NCBI GenBank assembly: GCA_025358125.1
Contig: JANYKS010000008.1
Location: forward strand, 54,815 to 118,814
Source of the DNA: Actinomycetes bacterium
Lineage (GTDB): Bacteria; Actinomycetota; Acidimicrobiia; Acidimicrobiales; Ilumatobacteraceae
Reading direction: 5' to 3'
DNA: 64,000 nucleotides
A model generated the notes under the pieces. That model saw only the letters and a program-made list of their open reading frames with translations. It was not told the DNA's origin and did no database searches. Made by a program: the position numbers and the translations under genes. This document shows, one piece after another, positions 1-9,859 of this stretch (its first letter is position 1; each line of letters opens with the position of its first letter).

Positions 1-32
1 GTACATATGGCGACCGTGAGCGAGGTGAACCG

Positions 33-1727
33 ATGGCGAGGCTGAGTCAGGGACGCGTCGCACCCGACAGTACCCTTTTGCATGAGCAGTCGAACTGGAA
101 CTATGCAACGGTGCTGCGAGCGGTGGCAGCGGTGGTTCCTGATCGCGACGCGATCAGCTGTTCTGGGCGGCGCATCTCGTTTGCGGAGTTCGACGGTCGC
201 ACGGATCAGCTTGCACTGGCGCTACAACGCCGCGGCATCGGCGCCGGCGCCAAGGTCGCGATCGATCTGCTGAATGCTCCCGAGTACCTCGAGGTCTTCT
301 ATGCCGCGCTGAAGCTCGGCGCAGTGCCGGTGAACGTGAACTACCGCTACAAGGGCGCCGAGTTGGCGTATCTGCTCGACTATGTCGATGCTGCGGCGAT
401 TTTCGTTCACGGCGAGTTTCTCGGATCGCTTCGACAGGCGTTGCCAAGTCTGAAGAGCAACGTCTTGACGGTCGTGGTTCCCCACGGTGAGACCGACCCG
501 GCCATCGACTTGTTGCGCTATGACGAACTTCTCGACGAGGGCAGGCGTTCGAGCGGCGCCTTGGGTCATGTGCCCAGCGGCGACGATCTGATCTTCGTCT
601 GCACCGGTGGCACCACCGGCATGCCGAAAGCCGTGATGTGGCGTAACGACGACCTCTACGTCTCGCAGTGGATGCTGTCTCGACCGGGTACCGAACCACC
701 CGACCCTGGGCAGGCGATGAGGGACGCAAAGCGTGCCGGGACCACGTTGCCCGGGCCACCGCTGATGCATGGGACCGGCTTGTACGCAGCACTGGCCACG
801 CTGTCGGGGGGCGGCTGCGTCGTATTGATCGACGAACCCGGGTTGGATCCGAACCGGATCTGGAACGAGATCGCTGGCGAGCGGGTGCAGGTGCTGACCA
901 TTGTCGGTGATGTGTTCGCCCGACCCCTGCTCGAAGCCCTCGACGCGCTCGATCACGATGTCGACGTTGATATCGATGTCTCATGCTTGAAGGTCATCAG
1001 CTCATCGGGCACGATCTTCAGTGCCGAGCTCAAGGCGGCGCTGCTCGAACGCCTGCCGAACTTGCGGATCGTCGATTCGCTCGGGGCAACCGAAGGGATG
1101 ATCAGCCGGTCGACGGCAACCAGGGGCGACGTTGGCACAGCCAAGTTCATGGTCTCGGAGCGCGTCGGCGTGTTCTCCCCTGAAGGGCAACCGATCGCGC
1201 CGGGTAGTGGCAAGCCGGGATTCCTCGGTGTCACAGGCCGGCTTCCGGTCGGTTACTTCAAGGATCCCGAGAAGACGGCCGCGACGTTCCCGACGATCCA
1301 TGGTCGTCGCTATTCGATCGCAGGCGACATGGCGACGGTGGAACCCGACGGAACGATCGTCTTCCTGGGTCGCGGTTCGGCGACGATCAACACCGGCGGG
1401 GAGAAGGTCTTCCCCGAAGAGGTGGAGCGCGAGATCCGAGACATCGTGGAGGTCGTCGACTGTTGTGTCGTCGGTGTGCCCGACGAGCGTTGGGGCCAGC
1501 GCGTCGTGGCCGTCGCCCAACTCGGTCGTGGCGCAGCGATGACGGGTGAGCAGATCATCGATCGTCTGCGGATGCGCCTTGCCGGCTACAAGGTGCCGAA
1601 GGCTGTCGTTCTGGTGCCATCGCTCGAACGGGGACCGAACGGGAAGATCGATTACCGACGCGTGACCGAGATGGCCTCATCGCCCGCTCGCCCCGATGCT
1701 TCGAACGCGGAAGGTTTGCCATCATGA
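33..1727 (+). CDS. AMP-dependent acyl-CoA synthetase/ligase
   Basis: 564-aa ORF with ATG at 33. Adenylate-forming motif FVCTGGTTGMPKAV and C-terminal GYKVPK...NGKIDY. Stop overlaps the next start (ATGA at 1724-1727). Confidence 0.85.
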   Translation: MARLSQGRVAPDSTLLHEQSNWNYATVLRAVAAVVPDRDAISCSGRRISFAEFDGRTDQLALALQRRGIGAGAKVAIDLLNAPEYLEVFYAALKLGAVPVNVNYRYKGAELAYLLDYVDAAAIFVHGEFLGSLRQALPSLKSNVLTVVVPHGETDPAIDLLRYDELLDEGRRSSGALGHVPSGDDLIFVCTGGTTGMPKAVMWRNDDLYVSQWMLSRPGTEPPDPGQAMRDAKRAGTTLPGPPLMHGTGLYAALATLSGGGCVVLIDEPGLDPNRIWNEIAGERVQVLTIVGDVFARPLLEALDALDHDVDVDIDVSCLKVISSSGTIFSAELKAALLERLPNLRIVDSLGATEGMISRSTATRGDVGTAKFMVSERVGVFSPEGQPIAPGSGKPGFLGVTGRLPVGYFKDPEKTAATFPTIHGRRYSIAGDMATVEPDGTIVFLGRGSATINTGGEKVFPEEVEREIRDIVEVVDCCVVGVPDERWGQRVVAVAQLGRGAAMTGEQIIDRLRMRLAGYKVPKAVVLVPSLERGPNGKIDYRRVTEMASSPARPDASNAEGLPS

Positions 1728-3322
1728 ACGATCTGGCGCTGACCGACGACAGCATGCTCGACCTGCTCGCTCGCACTGTGCAGAATTCAAAGAACGCAGC
1801 AGCGATTCATTTCTTCGGCCACACGTTGAGTTGGAGCGAGGTCGACGACATCACCGACTCTCTCGCCACTGGCCTGATCAACCATGGCGTCGCCTCGGGC
1901 GACCGCATCGGTCTGCTCATGCAGAACGTCCCTCAGTACATGTTGTCGCTCGTCGCCATCTGGAAAGCAGGCGCCGTCGCCGTCCCGATCAATCCGATGT
2001 TGACGCCCAAAGACGTCCGCTTCATCGTGAACGACTCCGACGCCTCGGCGTTGATCGGCCTCGACTCGCTCGTCGAGCGTGTGGTCTCCGATGACAGCGC
2101 CGAAGCGTTCCCTGCGTTACTGGTAGTTACCACCACTGCAGGCGAGTACGCCACCGCGTGGCCGGAGGTGTTGACCCTTCCCCGACCCTCGACGGTTCCT
2201 CATTCGATCGAGTGGGGGCGGCTGTTGGGGGACGCGGGCGGACCCCGGCCGTTCCCGCCGGTGACCGCAGATCAACCCGCGGTGTTGACCTATACGTCGG
2301 GAACCACTGGTCCCCCGAAGGGTGCCGTCAACACCCACGCCAACATCGTGTTCGCGTCGAGGTTCTATGAGCAGTGGGCGAAGCTCGACCAGGCCGATGT
2401 GGTGCTCGGCATCGCCCCGCTGTTCCACATCACCGGGCTGGTGGCACACATCGGCCCATCGATCGTCACCGGCGCCGCGTTGGTCCTGGGCTACCGGTTC
2501 GAGGTGAACCTGATCGCAGACCTCATCGAGCAGTATCGTCCGACCTTCACCATCGGGGCGATCACCGCGTTCATCGCGCTGATGACCGATCCAGTCGTCA
2601 AGGGTCGCGATCTTTCGTCGCTGACGACGGTCTACAGCGGGGGAGCGCCCATCGCGCCGACCACCGTCGAAGACTTCGAGCGAACCTTCGGGCCGTACAT
2701 CCACAACATCTACGGGCTGACCGAGGCGACCGGGCCGTGCCTCGCCGTACCTCTGGGCGCTCGCGCTCCCGTCGATCCGACCACCGGCGCGCTTGCCGCG
2801 GGGATTCCGGTCTGCAACACCGAAGTGAAGATCGTCCGCGAAGACGGAACGGCGGCGCCACGGGGAGAACCGGGTGAGCTCGCCATGCGAGGACCTCAGG
2901 TCGTGCCGGGATACTGGCGCCGCGATGCGGAGACGGCGAATGCAATTCGTGACGGGTGGCTGTACACCGGCGACGTGGCGGTACAAGACGACGCCGGCTG
3001 GTTCTACATCGTCGATCGTCTCAAGGACCAGATCAACGCTTCTGGCTTCAAGGTCTGGCCACGCGAGGTCGAAGACGCGCTCGTCAGCCATCCCGACGTC
3101 GTCGAGGCAGCCGTCGTCGGCGTTCCCGACGAGTACCGCGGCGAAACTGTCAAAGCCTTTGTCGTTCTCACAACCGGCTCGGCCGTGTCACCCGAAGAAC
3201 TCATTCGGTTCAGCCGCGAGCGGCTCGCTGCCTACAAGTACCCGAGGTTCGTCGAGATCGTCGATGAGCTGCCCCACACCGCATCCGGAAAGATCTTACG
3301 TCGAGCGCTGCGCTCGACGTAA
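1724..3322 (+). CDS. long-chain-fatty-acid--CoA ligase-like AMP-binding enzyme
   Basis: 532-aa ORF with motifs LTYTSGTTGPPKGA, GWLYTGD and SGKILRR. Translationally coupled to the upstream paralogue. Confidence 0.85.
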   Translation: MNDLALTDDSMLDLLARTVQNSKNAAAIHFFGHTLSWSEVDDITDSLATGLINHGVASGDRIGLLMQNVPQYMLSLVAIWKAGAVAVPINPMLTPKDVRFIVNDSDASALIGLDSLVERVVSDDSAEAFPALLVVTTTAGEYATAWPEVLTLPRPSTVPHSIEWGRLLGDAGGPRPFPPVTADQPAVLTYTSGTTGPPKGAVNTHANIVFASRFYEQWAKLDQADVVLGIAPLFHITGLVAHIGPSIVTGAALVLGYRFEVNLIADLIEQYRPTFTIGAITAFIALMTDPVVKGRDLSSLTTVYSGGAPIAPTTVEDFERTFGPYIHNIYGLTEATGPCLAVPLGARAPVDPTTGALAAGIPVCNTEVKIVREDGTAAPRGEPGELAMRGPQVVPGYWRRDAETANAIRDGWLYTGDVAVQDDAGWFYIVDRLKDQINASGFKVWPREVEDALVSHPDVVEAAVVGVPDEYRGETVKAFVVLTTGSAVSPEELIRFSRERLAAYKYPRFVEIVDELPHTASGKILRRALRST

Positions 3323-3341
3323 GAGAGACCGACGGCGGCAG

Positions 3342-4232
3342 GTGGTGGATCTGTGGCCGACTGATCGCGTCGTGTCACGACCCGTAGGGGCGGCGGTGGT
3401 GCTCGGTGAGTTCGACGGGGTGCACAGAGGCAATGTTGAACTGATCGCCGTGGCGCGACGACATGCCGAGGCCCTGAATGCTGCGGTCGTCGCGGTGGTA
3501 GCCGATGTCGGGCAACAGGCGCCTCACATCATGAGCGTCACCCGGCGGTGTGAACTCCTGCTGAGCCAGGGGGTCTCATCGGCGTTCGTCGCACCCATTC
3601 GTCACCCGGACCAGGTCGAGGGCACGCTCGGATCGACGCTGGAGCAGCTGAGGCCGCTCTCAATGTTCGTCGACAACGAATCCTGGCCCTCGCTGCCCCG
3701 TGACAGGCTGTACTCGTACCTTCGGGGAATCGGCGCTGACGTACATGAAGTCAGGGCGCATCGCGACCCGGTGCTCGGACGGATCAAGGCCCAAGCGATC
3801 ATGGACCGAATCCGGGCGGGGGATGTCCAAGCGACCAGCGCGATGCTTGGCCGCCCGTACGAACTCTCGGGCATCGTCGTTCGACGTAGTCAGGGGCGCC
3901 TGTCCACGAGCTTCGCGTCCGAATATTTGCGCCCTGAACCTGGCATCGTGTTCCCTCGGACCGGGGTCTACGCCGCTCGGGTGCAAGTCGGCCGGCGTTG
4001 GATCGGTGCGGCAGTGGACATCGGTATGCGACCAACATTCGACTCATCGGGTTCTGTCGTGGTCGAGGCCCATCTCATTGGACTAGATGGTGACCTGCTC
4101 GACACGGAGCTGTCACTTCGCTTCGTGGAGCGACTGCGCGATGAGCGGCAATTCTCCGGACCGACCGAACTGGCCGAACAGATCGGACGCGACATCACCG
4201 GTGTGTCGACGTTGCTCTCTGCGTTCGGCTAG
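3342..4232 (+). CDS. RibF-like protein (FMN adenylyltransferase / riboflavin kinase fold) with degenerate catalytic motifs
   Basis: ORF 2874..4232 trimmed to GTG 3342, just after the ligase stop. N-terminus LGEFDGVHRGN resembles GxFDGxHxGH. C-terminus is riboflavin-kinase-like (GVYAARV, EAHLIGLDGDL, LRDERQFSGPTELAEQIGRD). No PTAN motif seen. Confidence 0.6.
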   Translation: MVDLWPTDRVVSRPVGAAVVLGEFDGVHRGNVELIAVARRHAEALNAAVVAVVADVGQQAPHIMSVTRRCELLLSQGVSSAFVAPIRHPDQVEGTLGSTLEQLRPLSMFVDNESWPSLPRDRLYSYLRGIGADVHEVRAHRDPVLGRIKAQAIMDRIRAGDVQATSAMLGRPYELSGIVVRRSQGRLSTSFASEYLRPEPGIVFPRTGVYAARVQVGRRWIGAAVDIGMRPTFDSSGSVVVEAHLIGLDGDLLDTELSLRFVERLRDERQFSGPTELAEQIGRDITGVSTLLSAFG

Positions 4233-6022
4233 AAGAACGCGGAATCTCGGTCGAGGCCGTAGGCGCGTATCTTCCGATAGATCGTCGAGCGCGACAGCCC
4301 GATCATCCGTGCTGCAACGACCTTGTTGCCGTCAGCCTGGTGCAGTGCCTTCACGATGGCATCGCACTCCAATTGGTCGATGGTCGACAGCGATCGGCGC
4401 GTCGACCGAGATCGGACGTCGACGGGGAGATCCGCCACCGTGATCTCGCCAACCCGCGATGCAATCATGGACCGGACGACGTCTGCCAGTTGTCGAATGT
4501 TCCCGGGCCAGCTCGCTCTGCTGAGCTCACTGATCGCATCTGCCGACATGTGCACCGCCCGGCCTCGCGGATGACGCGCCAACAAATCGCGAACGATGGC
4601 GGGGATGTCATCGGGACGATCGTCGAGATCCGGAATGGGGAGCACGATGCCCCCGAGTCGTTCCATCAGTCGCCGCTGCTCGGGCGCGACCTCATCGTGC
4701 TCGGTACACAACGTTGCAACGATCCAAGGCGACTCCGTCGAGCGAACCTTGTCGATGAACGAGGTGAGCTCTCGAAGCCCTTGCCCTGAGATCGCCTCGA
4801 GATGGCGAATCAGGATCAGCCTGAATGTCGTCCCGGTGGACCGGATCTGCTCGTCGAATGGTTTCAGTTCGTCGATGTCGGCACAGTCGATCGAGAGTGT
4901 CGTGTCGGCATCGAACTCGGCTCCGGTCATCGCTTTCACGACGCTCCACTTGCCCACGCCCGGTTTGCCGACGATCACGACGGGGATGCGGTCGTCGGCG
5001 TAGCGAGCGGCAGCGTCAAGCGCGCCGATCCACTTGGAGTTCTCGCCTGGCAGCTGGAAGCAACGAGGCGGTGCCTGCGGACGTCGGCGGGCGTGGACAG
5101 CCGGTCTATCTGCTGATTCGTCGAGCTCGACGAGAGCGCCGATCAGACGGCCAGTGTCGTGAATCGGCGTGCACGACACGCAGACCTCGTCGCCGGCGCG
5201 CGTTGCCAGGACACGCCGTGTCGAGCCGGATGCCGTAACGACCTGCGAGACCACGTCCCAGAGAACGTCGCGGTCGACGAACTGATCGAGCAGCCGAGTG
5301 ACCTTGGCACCGGCAATCAACAGATCCTTGCCGATCGCGGCGACGAGTCGATGCTGTTGCTTGGCTGCAAGGTAGGCGTCCAACACCCGTCGTTCGTCAA
5401 GGGTCGCCGACTGGAGCAACCTGTTCTCGATGTCGGCCGCCGTGCCGACCATGAGCGGGGTCAACAACGCGTTCGCTGCATCTGCCTTGCATGACAGCGT
5501 GATGATCCCTTCGAGACGCCGAGTCGTCGGATTGTGGATCGGCGCACCCACACACGCAAATGAGACCAGCGCATCGGCAAAGTGCTCTGGCCCGACGATC
5601 AACTGCGCTCTGCCGAGTTCGGCGACCGTTCCGATGCCATTTGTACCAACTCGATCTTCTGGGGCGCCGAATCCAGCATTGGAGCAGATTCGATCGAGGG
5701 AACGCACGATCGACGGATCCGCGACCCATCGCTGGACGATGTTGGCGTCCCGGTCGGCGAGCAGCACCCCGGCGTGCAAACCAGCGAGGCTTTCAGCGAG
5801 TGCTTTCAGTACCGGTTCGGCTGCCTCGAACAGCCTTCCTGTGGCCGCAAGGTCCTCCTGATAGGGCAGCGATTGGACGTTCGGTTTTGCTCCGAACGCC
5901 GCTGAGCGTCGCCACGAAGCCAGGATCTCGGGTCGTACGACCCTGCTCAGCGGCTCGCTGACAGAGCCGGTCTCGAACAACTCGGTGCGGGCACGATGTA
6001 CCTGTTTCACATTCACGATCAT
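4229..6022 (-). CDS. AcoR/MimR-like transcriptional activator (GAF-like sensor, degenerate AAA+ module, Fis-type HTH)
   Basis: C-terminal HTH MIGLSRSTIYRKIRAYGL; central VVIVGKPGVGKWS. Start set to ATG 6022 (MIVNVKQVHRARTELFETG). The ORF is open up to 6211, so the start is uncertain. Confidence 0.75.
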   Translation of the reverse strand: MIVNVKQVHRARTELFETGSVSEPLSRVVRPEILASWRRSAAFGAKPNVQSLPYQEDLAATGRLFEAAEPVLKALAESLAGLHAGVLLADRDANIVQRWVADPSIVRSLDRICSNAGFGAPEDRVGTNGIGTVAELGRAQLIVGPEHFADALVSFACVGAPIHNPTTRRLEGIITLSCKADAANALLTPLMVGTAADIENRLLQSATLDERRVLDAYLAAKQQHRLVAAIGKDLLIAGAKVTRLLDQFVDRDVLWDVVSQVVTASGSTRRVLATRAGDEVCVSCTPIHDTGRLIGALVELDESADRPAVHARRRPQAPPRCFQLPGENSKWIGALDAAARYADDRIPVVIVGKPGVGKWSVVKAMTGAEFDADTTLSIDCADIDELKPFDEQIRSTGTTFRLILIRHLEAISGQGLRELTSFIDKVRSTESPWIVATLCTEHDEVAPEQRRLMERLGGIVLPIPDLDDRPDDIPAIVRDLLARHPRGRAVHMSADAISELSRASWPGNIRQLADVVRSMIASRVGEITVADLPVDVRSRSTRRSLSTIDQLECDAIVKALHQADGNKVVAARMIGLSRSTIYRKIRAYGLDRDSAFF

Positions 6023-6195
6023 GGAAACGTCAGTTCCCTTCCCCTCGTTGACAACCATCCGGTCTCGGCCAGGCGACGGCCGGCAACACGTATGGTTCTC
6101 GCAGACCCACGGTACCAGGTGTGTCAAATTGGGACAATCCTCAGAGGCCCGCGCCCACGTCGCCACGGGAGTCTCACATTGAAACATCCTGACGG

Positions 6196-6268
6196 GATCA
6201 GTGCGCCTCACTCTTGCGATCAGTGGCGCAATCTGTGCGCATCACTGAGTTACCTGCGCACGCACTGG
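6196..6268. promoter_or_regulatory. cluster of four CAGTG(N0-3)GCGC half-sites with dyad arrangement upstream of the MBL gene
   Basis: cagtgcgc at 6199-6206 and cagtggcgc at 6221-6229 on the + strand. gcgcatcactg at 6236-6246 and gcgcacgcactg at 6256-6267 are the same motif inverted. The cluster lies in the divergent region between the regulator and the MBL/BVMO genes. Confidence 0.3.
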
Positions 6269-6289
6269 TGTGAGTTGGAGGGGTCAAGC

Positions 6290-7102
6290 ATGGAAACCAC
6301 ACTTCGGGGTCTCAACCTCGGGAACTTCGGTCTCGACATGTCCGCTTTGTTGGATTCACCCGAGTACTACGGCATGCCATATCAATGCCCCGCAATTGCG
6401 TACATCATCGAGCACCCTGACGGACTGGTTCTGTTCGAGACCGGGTTGTCCGAGCATGCCCTCGACGAATGGCCAGCCGCCTGGCAGAAAGGCGTCGACT
6501 TGACGACTGTCTTGCCCGAACATCGCTTGGAGGCGAGACTGAAGCAGATCGGGCTCGGGCCGGAAGACTTCAGATATGTCGTGCTCGGCCACCTGCACAC
6601 CGACCATGCCGGCGGGGCGCGTATTTTCAGAGATGCCGGCGTCGAGGTGGTAGTCCATGAAGCCGAGTACCAGCATGTGCGGAACATGACCGAGGATGCC
6701 GCCAACTTCTTCAACAAGGTCGACACGGAAGTGCACGAGCACGTCTCGCTCACGACGATTTCGGACGCCGAGTATGAACTGTTGCCCGGTGTGCGCCTCG
6801 TGCATCTCCCCGGCCACACGCCTGGACAGATGGGAATGGTGATCGACCTCGCGCACTCGGGCACTGCCGTCCTGACGTCGGACGCCCTGTATCGACACGA
6901 GACCTACGGACCGCCGTTGATCGGTTCGCAGACGGTGTGGGATCCGCAGCAGTGGCGTGATTCTGTCGAGAAGGTCCGCGGCTTGGCGAAGGAGCACGAA
7001 GCATTGATCTTCCCCGGCCATGACGGCGAAGCGATCCAGCAGTACGCGACACGTACCGAGCTGAGGAACTTCGAGTTCACGCCGGACTTCTCGTACAGCT
7101 GA
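6290..7102 (+). CDS. MBL-fold hydrolase, AiiA-type lactonase-like
   Basis: HxHxDH motif in GHLHTDHAGG. 270 aa from ATG 6290, preceded by GGAGGGG. The upstream part of track ORF 5996..7102 overlaps the regulator promoter region and was discarded. Confidence 0.8.
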   Translation: METTLRGLNLGNFGLDMSALLDSPEYYGMPYQCPAIAYIIEHPDGLVLFETGLSEHALDEWPAAWQKGVDLTTVLPEHRLEARLKQIGLGPEDFRYVVLGHLHTDHAGGARIFRDAGVEVVVHEAEYQHVRNMTEDAANFFNKVDTEVHEHVSLTTISDAEYELLPGVRLVHLPGHTPGQMGMVIDLAHSGTAVLTSDALYRHETYGPPLIGSQTVWDPQQWRDSVEKVRGLAKEHEALIFPGHDGEAIQQYATRTELRNFEFTPDFSYS

Positions 7103-7295
7103 TGTCTGTCGCGACCGTCGAATAAGTCCGACCGAGATCGTCTCGAATTGAGACATCCGATGGCCGTGCGGACAGCGGATCATGGTCGCCAATTGGGATG
7201 TCGTGGTCTTGTCGGCACGAGTGCGAAGACCGGGTGGCTTCCTGGGCGGCAGGTTTCAAGACAGCTCATCGTGCAAGAGGAGAGGACCAACACCG

Positions 7296-8930
7296 ATGGA
7301 TCAACTGGCAAACTCGAACGGAAGCGCAAACGACACGGAGGTCGATGTCGTCGTCATCGGCTCTGGGTTCGCAGGGCTGTACGCCCTTCACAAGCTGCGC
7401 AACGGACTCGGCCTGAAGGTTCGTTCTTTCGACGACGCAAGTGGCGTCGGGGGCACCTGGTACTGGAACCGCTACCCCGGGGCGCGTTCCGACACAGAAG
7501 TGACCGCCTACTGCTACTCGTTCGACCGTGAGCTTTTCGACGAGTGGAAGTGGACGGAGCGGTACCCCCGCCAGCATGAGATCCTCGGCTACCTCAACCA
7601 CGTCGCCGACCGGTTCGACCTACGTCGCAGCATCACGTTCGGGACCACGATCGAGAGCGCTTGGTTCGATGAGACCACCAACCGATGGGACATCAAGACC
7701 AGCAAAGGCGAACGGATCTCAGCGCAGTTCGTCGTCGCCGGCGTCGGATTGTTGTCTTCGACGAACTATCCCGACATCAAGGGTCGAGACATCTTCGCCG
7801 GCGACGTCTACCACACCGCCCGGTGGCCGCAAGAGGGTCTCGATCTGACGGGGAAGCGAGTCGGTGTCATCGGCACGGGTTCGAGTGGCACCCAGGTGAT
7901 CGCGGAGATCGCGCCCCAGGTTGGTCAGCTCGTCGTGTTCCAGCGGAGGCCGCAGTACAGCGTCCCCGCCCAGCACGGTCCAATCCCACAACAGGTACTG
8001 GCGGAGATCAAAGCCGACTATGACGGCTACTGGGAGAGCGTTCGCAGATCCATCACCGCGTTCGGGTTCGCCGAGAGCGATGTTCCGGCGATGAGCGTCT
8101 CGGAGGAGGAGCGCGAGGCTGTGTTCGAAAAGGCGTGGAACATCGGCGGAGGGTTCCGCTACATGTTTGCGACGTTCGGTGACATCGGTGTCGATCCCGC
8201 TGCCAATGAGGCCGCAGCATCGTTCATCCGAAATAAGATCAAAGAGATCGTCAAGGATCCCAAGACTGCCGAGGCACTGACACCGCACGACCTCTATGCC
8301 AGGCGTCCTCTCTGTGACGACGGCTACTTCGCGACATTCAACTGCGACAACGTTTCGCTGGTCGATCTGCAGGTCGAACCGATCCAGGAGATCACACCCA
8401 AAGGGATTCTGACGTCGGCACGCGAGTACGAACTCGATGTGCTCGTGTTCGCAACCGGGTTCGACGCCGTGACCGGCAACTACGTGAAGATCGACATCCG
8501 TGGCAGGAATGGGCAGAAACTACGCGACGAGTGGTCGGAAGGTCCACGAGCGCATTTGGGGCTGGCAATCTCAGGCTTCCCGAACCTGTTCATGATCTTC
8601 GGCCCAATGGGTCCGTTCACCAACCAGCCGCCGGCACATGAGGTCCAAGTCGACTGGATTGCCGACGCCATCGAGCACGTGCGCCGCAACAGCCTCGGCT
8701 CGATCGAAGTCAACCGGGCTGCCGAGGATGACTGGGTCTCGGAATGCAACCAGATCGCGCATTCCACGCTGTTCCCGAAGGTCGATTCGTGGATCAACGG
8801 CGCCAACGTGCCGGGCAAGCCTGTGTCGGTGATGTTCTACATGGCCGGCATGGGGGCCTACGTTGACCGGCTGGAGCAGGTGGTCGCTAACGATTACGAG
8901 GGCTTCGCCGTCGGGGCGCCGACCGTTTGA
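7296..8930 (+). CDS. Baeyer-Villiger monooxygenase (type I flavin/NADPH-dependent)
   Basis: GSGFAG and GTGSSG dinucleotide motifs plus the BVMO fingerprint FxGxxxHxxxWP (FAGDVYHTARWP). ATG 7296 is preceded by AGAGGAGAGGA. Confidence 0.9.
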   Translation: MDQLANSNGSANDTEVDVVVIGSGFAGLYALHKLRNGLGLKVRSFDDASGVGGTWYWNRYPGARSDTEVTAYCYSFDRELFDEWKWTERYPRQHEILGYLNHVADRFDLRRSITFGTTIESAWFDETTNRWDIKTSKGERISAQFVVAGVGLLSSTNYPDIKGRDIFAGDVYHTARWPQEGLDLTGKRVGVIGTGSSGTQVIAEIAPQVGQLVVFQRRPQYSVPAQHGPIPQQVLAEIKADYDGYWESVRRSITAFGFAESDVPAMSVSEEEREAVFEKAWNIGGGFRYMFATFGDIGVDPAANEAAASFIRNKIKEIVKDPKTAEALTPHDLYARRPLCDDGYFATFNCDNVSLVDLQVEPIQEITPKGILTSAREYELDVLVFATGFDAVTGNYVKIDIRGRNGQKLRDEWSEGPRAHLGLAISGFPNLFMIFGPMGPFTNQPPAHEVQVDWIADAIEHVRRNSLGSIEVNRAAEDDWVSECNQIAHSTLFPKVDSWINGANVPGKPVSVMFYMAGMGAYVDRLEQVVANDYEGFAVGAPTV

Positions 8931-9028
8931 ACCCATGCGATGACCGAGCCGCGGCGAGAGCGGTCGCTGCAGAGTTGTCCCTGTCACGGGAAGTCGCAGA
9001 GCCAAACCCCCGCTCGTAACAGTCGGCG

Positions 9029-9859
9029 CTATGCGCCGTCTGGGGCTTTGCGCAACAAGCGGATGAGACGGTCGAAGTTCGGCTGACCTGTCGCGGCAGT
9101 GACACCGCCGTCGACGACGAGGTTGTGGCCGGTGATGTACGATGCGTCGTCGGATGCGAGGAACGCGATCGCAGCAGCGATCTCCTCGGGTTGCGCCGGC
9201 CGGCCCATCGGTACCAGCCGCTCGTACTCCTCGCCGAAACGCCTGAGGACGCTGGCAAGCATGGGAGTGGCGACCCCACCGGGGCAGACCGAGTTGACGC
9301 GGACGCCATCACGCGCGTGGTCCAGGGCGAGGCTTCGCGTGAGGTTGGCCACGGCGCCTTTCGCGGTGTTGTACGCAACCAGACCGGAGTCGCCGAACAG
9401 CCCCGAGATTGAGCAGGTGTTGACGATGCATCCCTTGCTGGCTACCAGGTGGGGTAGCGCCGCTCTGGCTCCGTAAAACACAGAATCCACGTCGACGGCC
9501 ATGACGCGATGCCATTGCTCGGACGTGATCTCGGTGACGTGGCCGAACAAGCTGATGCCGGCGTTGTTGACCAGGACGTCGAGCCGCCCATTCCGATCGA
9601 CCGCGAAGTCGACCAGGCCACACACCTGTGCCTCGTCGGCGACATCGACGCGTTGTCCGACGGCTTTGATGCCCAATGCGAGAAGCTGATCGACCACGCC
9701 GTCGAGACGTTGGCCATCGATGTCGGCGAGCGTCAGAATTGCCCCCTCGGCCCCCAATCGTCGCGCTGTTGCTTCGCCGATTCCGGACGCTGCGCCGGTT
9801 ACGATCGCCGCCCGGCCCTCGAAGCGTCGGGTGGCTTGATGTTCGTCGGTCTGCTTCAC
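9029..9859 (-). CDS. short-chain dehydrogenase/reductase (SDR)
   Basis: TGAASGIG, NNAG and the YNTAKGAV catalytic motif. GTG start overlaps the stop of the upstream transketolase subunit (GTGA). Confidence 0.85.
   Translation of the reverse strand: MKQTDEHQATRRFEGRAAIVTGAASGIGEATARRLGAEGAILTLADIDGQRLDGVVDQLLALGIKAVGQRVDVADEAQVCGLVDFAVDRNGRLDVLVNNAGISLFGHVTEITSEQWHRVMAVDVDSVFYGARAALPHLVASKGCIVNTCSISGLFGDSGLVAYNTAKGAVANLTRSLALDHARDGVRVNSVCPGGVATPMLASVLRRFGEEYERLVPMGRPAQPEEIAAAIAFLASDDASYITGHNLVVDGGVTAATGQPNFDRLIRLLRKAPDGA

Noticed and set aside
2874-3341. Upstream 156 codons of the RibF-like ORF
   Set aside because: This part overlaps the 3' end of the second acyl-CoA ligase gene in another frame. 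The RibF-like similarity begins only after GTG 3342.
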